Positions 28,307-32,000 of a DNA stretch of 32,000 bases are shown here, one piece after another; the first letter of the stretch is position 1; each line of letters starts with the position of its first letter. Both the position numbers and the translations under genes were made by a program. The notes under the pieces are model-generated. The model searched no databases and was not told the DNA's origin. It saw only the letters and a program-made list of their open reading frames with translations. Where the stretch lies: NCBI RefSeq assembly GCF_902810445.1, contig NZ_LR778175.1, positions 647,355-679,354 of the forward strand. The letters are read 5' to 3'. The stretch is from Candidatus Nitrosacidococcus tergens. Its GTDB lineage: Bacteria; Pseudomonadota; Gammaproteobacteria; Nitrosococcales; Nitrosococcaceae.

Positions 28307-29425
28307 TTAAGAAATATCTCCTCTCTTCTGAGATAAATGTGTTTCCATTGGTGTTGGAGAGGTTGTTTGTTTTTGTGAGTATTTAATTGGAAGCTCTGGA
28401 ACCAAGGGACCTTTTAATTTAGGGCCTCGTAGAAATACAGAAAACGCTTTTATAGGATGTGCCATCGTGTCATTCACTGCAGTAGGTTCATAACCACAGT
28501 GAGCCATACAGTTAGCACATTTAGGATGATTTCCTGTGCCATATCTCTCCCATTCTGTCTCTTCCATTAATGCTTTAAATGTAGGAGCATATCCCCCTTC
28601 TGAGAACAGATAACAAGGTTTTTGCCAACCAAAAATATTACGGGTAGGATTACCCCAAGGAGTACACTGATAGCTTTGATTTCCCGCTAAAAAATCTAAG
28701 AAAAGACTAGATTGATTAAATCTCCACTTGTGCCCTTTACCAAGACGAAAAATATCTCTAAATAAGCGTTTACTTGCAGCTCGTTGGAGAAAAATATCCT
28801 GTCTAGGGGCATGCTCATAGCTATATCCTGGAGAAATAGTGACGCCTTCTACACCCAATCCCATACAGTAATCGAAAAATTCAGCCACCTTTTTAGAATC
28901 TGCATTTTGAAATAGAGTACAATTTATAGTGACCCTAAATCCCCGATCAAGACATAATTTAATCGCTGTGACTGCTCGATCAAATACACCCTCTTGGCAT
29001 ACAGAGGCATCATGTTCTTCTTTTAAACCATCTAGATGAACTGAAAAAGTAAGATAAGGTGATGGCGTATAATCTTTTAATCTTTTAGACAAAAGAAGTG
29101 CGTTGGTACACAAATATACAAATTTTTTCCGCTTAATAATACCCTCAACGATTTGAGGCATTTCTTTATGTAGCAGAGGTTCCCCTCCAGGGATTGATAT
29201 AACAGGAGCACCACATTCATCTACTGCGTTAAGACATTCTTGAGCACTTAAGCGTTTGGCTAAAGTTTCATCTGGATAGTCTATTTTTCCGCAACCAGCA
29301 CAAGCCAAGTTACATTGAAAAAGAGGTTCAAGCATTAATACTAAGGGATAACGTTTTACGCCTCGTAATTTTTGCTCTAAAATATACTTGCCGACTCGAT
29401 ATTGTTGGATTAAAGGTATACCCAT
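28307..29425 (-). CDS. hpnH: Radical SAM adenosyl-hopene transferase HpnH
   Basis: 372 aa. Radical SAM CxxxCxxC motif (CNLACAGCG), PGGEPLL and a Cys-rich C-terminal domain. It is adjacent to ispH, the usual hopanoid-cluster arrangement. Confidence 0.88.
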   Translation of the reverse strand: MGIPLIQQYRVGKYILEQKLRGVKRYPLVLMLEPLFQCNLACAGCGKIDYPDETLAKRLSAQECLNAVDECGAPVISIPGGEPLLHKEMPQIVEGIIKRKKFVYLCTNALLLSKRLKDYTPSPYLTFSVHLDGLKEEHDASVCQEGVFDRAVTAIKLCLDRGFRVTINCTLFQNADSKKVAEFFDYCMGLGVEGVTISPGYSYEHAPRQDIFLQRAASKRLFRDIFRLGKGHKWRFNQSSLFLDFLAGNQSYQCTPWGNPTRNIFGWQKPCYLFSEGGYAPTFKALMEETEWERYGTGNHPKCANCMAHCGYEPTAVNDTMAHPIKAFSVFLRGPKLKGPLVPELPIKYSQKQTTSPTPMETHLSQKRGDIS

Positions 29426-29451
29426 AATTGTGTTGTTCCTCTACAAAGAGT

Positions 29452-30399
29452 TTAGGTGAAATTCGTGGCTTTTTCAGATCGGAGTAGTGATGAAGGGAGA
29501 CGGAAGTTTACGGACTCTTGCACTCCATCCCAATTCTTAACTTCATTTACACCGTAATTGTGTAGTTTATCTAAAACTTCCTGTACAAGGATTTCTGGTG
29601 TTGAAGCTCCGGCAGTAATTCCTACTCTAGCTTGCGGAGTAAACCAACCGAAGTCTATATCTTGGCTATCTTGGATAAGGTAAGAAGCAACCCCACTTTG
29701 CTCACCTACTTCCCGTAGACGATTAGAATTTGAGCTATTTCGTGCTCCCACGACTAAAAGAACATCTATTTCTTTGCTTATTTCTCGAACTGCATTTTGA
29801 CGATTCTGGGTAGCATAACAAATATCATCAAGACCAGGACCATGAATATCAGGAAAGCGTTTTTTAAGTGCTTCTACCACATCTCGAGTATCATCAATAC
29901 TTAAAGTAGTTTGGGTTACATAAGCAATCTGCTTTGGATCCTTAACTTCTAATTTTTCAACTTCTTCAACAGACTCTACAATATAAACAGTGCCGCTAAC
30001 TCGTCCACGAGTACCTTCTACTTCTGGATGACCTACATGCCCAATAATAATAAGCTCATCTCCTTGACGATGATATTTTTGAGCTTGTAAGTGAACTTTA
30101 GTAACTAACGGGCAAGTTGCATTAATTGCGTATAAGTTACGAAGTTTTGCAGCTTCTACTACAGCAGTAGCAACTCCATGAGCACTAAAAATAACTACTG
30201 ATTCTGAAGGGATAGAGTTTAAATTTTCAGTAAAAATAACTCCTCGCTGCTGTAAATCTTGAATTACATGTTGGTTATGGACAATTTCATGTAGCACGTA
30301 AATAGGCGCACCATGAATTTCTAATGCACGCTCAACAACTTCAATAGCACGCACTACACCAGCACAAAAGCCCCGAGGCTGAGAAAGGGTAACTTCCAT
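29452..30399 (-). CDS. ispH: HMBPP reductase IspH (LytB), MEP pathway
   Basis: 315 aa. PRGFCAGVVRAI, the HEIVHN motif, ATCPLVTKVH and ICYATQNRQ, with the three cluster cysteines. Confidence 0.93.
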   Translation of the reverse strand: MEVTLSQPRGFCAGVVRAIEVVERALEIHGAPIYVLHEIVHNQHVIQDLQQRGVIFTENLNSIPSESVVIFSAHGVATAVVEAAKLRNLYAINATCPLVTKVHLQAQKYHRQGDELIIIGHVGHPEVEGTRGRVSGTVYIVESVEEVEKLEVKDPKQIAYVTQTTLSIDDTRDVVEALKKRFPDIHGPGLDDICYATQNRQNAVREISKEIDVLLVVGARNSSNSNRLREVGEQSGVASYLIQDSQDIDFGWFTPQARVGITAGASTPEILVQEVLDKLHNYGVNEVKNWDGVQESVNFRLPSSLLRSEKATNFT

Positions 30400-30461
30400 A
30401 AACTATATTTATTGCCTTTGTAGTGTACAGTTAATAATTAACTTTAGATAAAAATAAAAAC

Positions 30462-30478
30462 TTGTATATTATATACAA
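30462..30478. promoter_or_regulatory. 17-bp palindrome TTGTATAT-T-ATATACAA in the ispH/dxs divergent intergenic region
   Basis: Read directly: 8-bp perfect arms around a central T. A second palindrome, GTTAAT-A-ATTAAC, lies at 30430-30442. Function is unknown. Confidence 0.35.
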
Positions 30479-30575
30479 AATAATCTGGTCATAGACTACT
30501 ATAATTAATTAGTCTAATATCTTCAATATTGCTCTGAAATTAGAGAATGAAAACTCCCTGATTACCAATTTTAAT

Positions 30576-32000
30576 ATGACTGCTATAGCAAATTATCCTT
30601 TATTAAACCGCATTCACACACCAGAACAAATACGCTTCTTATCAGAAGCAGAATTAAATATACTTGCGGAAGAATTACGATCTTTTTTACTCCATTCAGT
30701 TTCTCAAAGTGGTGGTCACTTCGCCGCAGGTTTAGGTGTAATAGATCTTACCATTGCACTTCATTATGTATTTAATACACCAGAAGATCGATTAGTTTGG
30801 GATGTAGGGCATCAAGCCTATCCTCATAAAATCTTAACTGGGCGAAAGGATTTATTAACAACTATCCGGCAGCTTAATGGGCTAGCACCTTTTCCTTCTA
30901 GAGCAGAAAGTCCTTATGATACTTTTGGGGTAGGACATTCTAGTACTTCAATTGGAGCAGCTCTAGGTATGGCTATTGCTGCAGAGCAAAGTAGTAGTAA
31001 CCGTAAGGCAGTAGCAATTATTGGTGATGGGGGTATGACTGCAGGCATGGCCTATGAGGCCTTAGATCATGCAGGGGCTTGTGGTTCAGATCTGCTAGTT
31101 ATTCTAAATGATAATGAGATGTCTATCTCTCCAAATGTAGGAGCTCTTTCAAGTTACCTTACTCGGTTAATGACTGGTAGTTTTTATGCCACAGTTAGAG
31201 AGGGTAGTAAAAAAGTACTAGAGCGGATGCCTCAACCTATGTGGGAGCTAGTCCGACGTACCGAAGAGCATGTAAAAGGTATGGTTGTTCCAGGGACACT
31301 ATTTGAAGAAATGGGGTTTAATTATTTTGGTCCTATTGATGGACATGATTTGCCTGTATTAGTTAGTACATTACGCAATTTATATAAACTTGGCGGACCT
31401 CGATTGTTGCATGTTGTAACTAGAAAAGGGAAAGGGTATTCATTAGCTGAAAAGAATCCCGTTACTTACCATGCAGTAGTGCCTTTTGATCCTAAAGTGG
31501 GTATGGAAAAGCCAAAGAGTGTAGCAAAAACAAAGCCAACACTTACTTATACTCAAGTATTTGGTCAATGGCTCTGTGACATGGCTTATTTAGATAGCCG
31601 TTTGATAGGAATTACCCCTGCTATGAGAGAGGGTTCAGGACTTGTAAAATTTTCGGAACAATTTCCAAAGCGTTATTTTGATGTAGGTATCGCAGAGCAA
31701 CATAGCGTTACTTTAGCTGCAGGAATGGCTTGTGATGGCTTAAAACCTGTGGTAGCTATTTATTCTACTTTCCTACAAAGAGCTTATGATCAGCTTATTC
31801 ATGATGTAGCAATTCAAAACCTACCTGTATTATTTGCTATTGATCGTGCAGGTATTGTGGGTCCTGATGGTCCTACCCATGCAGGTAGTTTTGATTTAAG
31901 TTTTCTACGCTGCATTCCTAATATGGTTGTCATGACACCTGCTGATGAAAATGAATGCCGGCAAATGCTATATACTGGATTTATGCTCAACCAACCAGCT
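30576..32000 (+). CDS. dxs: 1-deoxy-D-xylulose-5-phosphate synthase Dxs (5' 475 codons, runs off the window)
   Basis: My own translation from the ATG at 30576 gives [92 protein letters not shown].... This is near-identical in pattern to E. coli Dxs ([24 protein letters not shown]). It is absent from the ORF track because no stop falls in the window. Confidence 0.95.
   Translation, partial: MTAIANYPLLNRIHTPEQIRFLSEAELNILAEELRSFLLHSVSQSGGHFAAGLGVIDLTIALHYVFNTPEDRLVWDVGHQAYPHKILTGRKDLLTTIRQLNGLAPFPSRAESPYDTFGVGHSSTSIGAALGMAIAAEQSSSNRKAVAIIGDGGMTAGMAYEALDHAGACGSDLLVILNDNEMSISPNVGALSSYLTRLMTGSFYATVREGSKKVLERMPQPMWELVRRTEEHVKGMVVPGTLFEEMGFNYFGPIDGHDLPVLVSTLRNLYKLGGPRLLHVVTRKGKGYSLAEKNPVTYHAVVPFDPKVGMEKPKSVAKTKPTLTYTQVFGQWLCDMAYLDSRLIGITPAMREGSGLVKFSEQFPKRYFDVGIAEQHSVTLAAGMACDGLKPVVAIYSTFLQRAYDQLIHDVAIQNLPVLFAIDRAGIVGPDGPTHAGSFDLSFLRCIPNMVVMTPADENECRQMLYTGFMLNQPA

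Overview
This is an AT-rich (by eye high-30s % GC) Gram-negative chromosomal segment. Positions 134-12213 hold a complete type I-F1 CRISPR-Cas locus. cas1 and the cas2/3 fusion lie on the minus strand and are transcribed divergently from csy1-csy2-csy3-cas6f (cas8f/cas5f/cas7f/cas6f) on the plus strand. An AT-rich leader follows, then one very large array: 56 copies of the 28-nt repeat GTTCACCGCCGAATAGGCGGTTTAGAAA plus one decayed terminal copy, with 32-nt spacers (three of 33 nt, one of 31 nt). The rest is envelope and isoprenoid housekeeping. It contains an orphan secreted 171-aa protein, a MacAB-like exporter (MFP, ATPase, two FtsX permeases) and DedA. Next comes a ybfF-like esterase-gnnA-gnnB-lpxB operon, which predicts 2,3-diamino-glucose lipid A. 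An 8.5-kb co-directional minus-strand string follows (ispH-hpnH-hpnM-like-hpnN-ispG-MBL hydrolase-lpxA), with dxs divergent from ispH. I saw no transposase, integrase, tRNA or rRNA. I do not see a convincing undescribed multi-gene system. The items most worth a second look are: (1) two pairs of near-duplicate spacers whose differences fall on synonymous codon positions; (2) a perfect 16-bp palindrome with repeat-like architecture in the shared cas1/csy1 control region, plus a hairpin one array period upstream of repeat 1; (3) the inverted adaptation module; (4) the physical and probably transcriptional linkage of GlcN3N-type lipid A genes with hopanoid and MEP genes. All family calls rest on motifs and remembered homologues, not on database searches.
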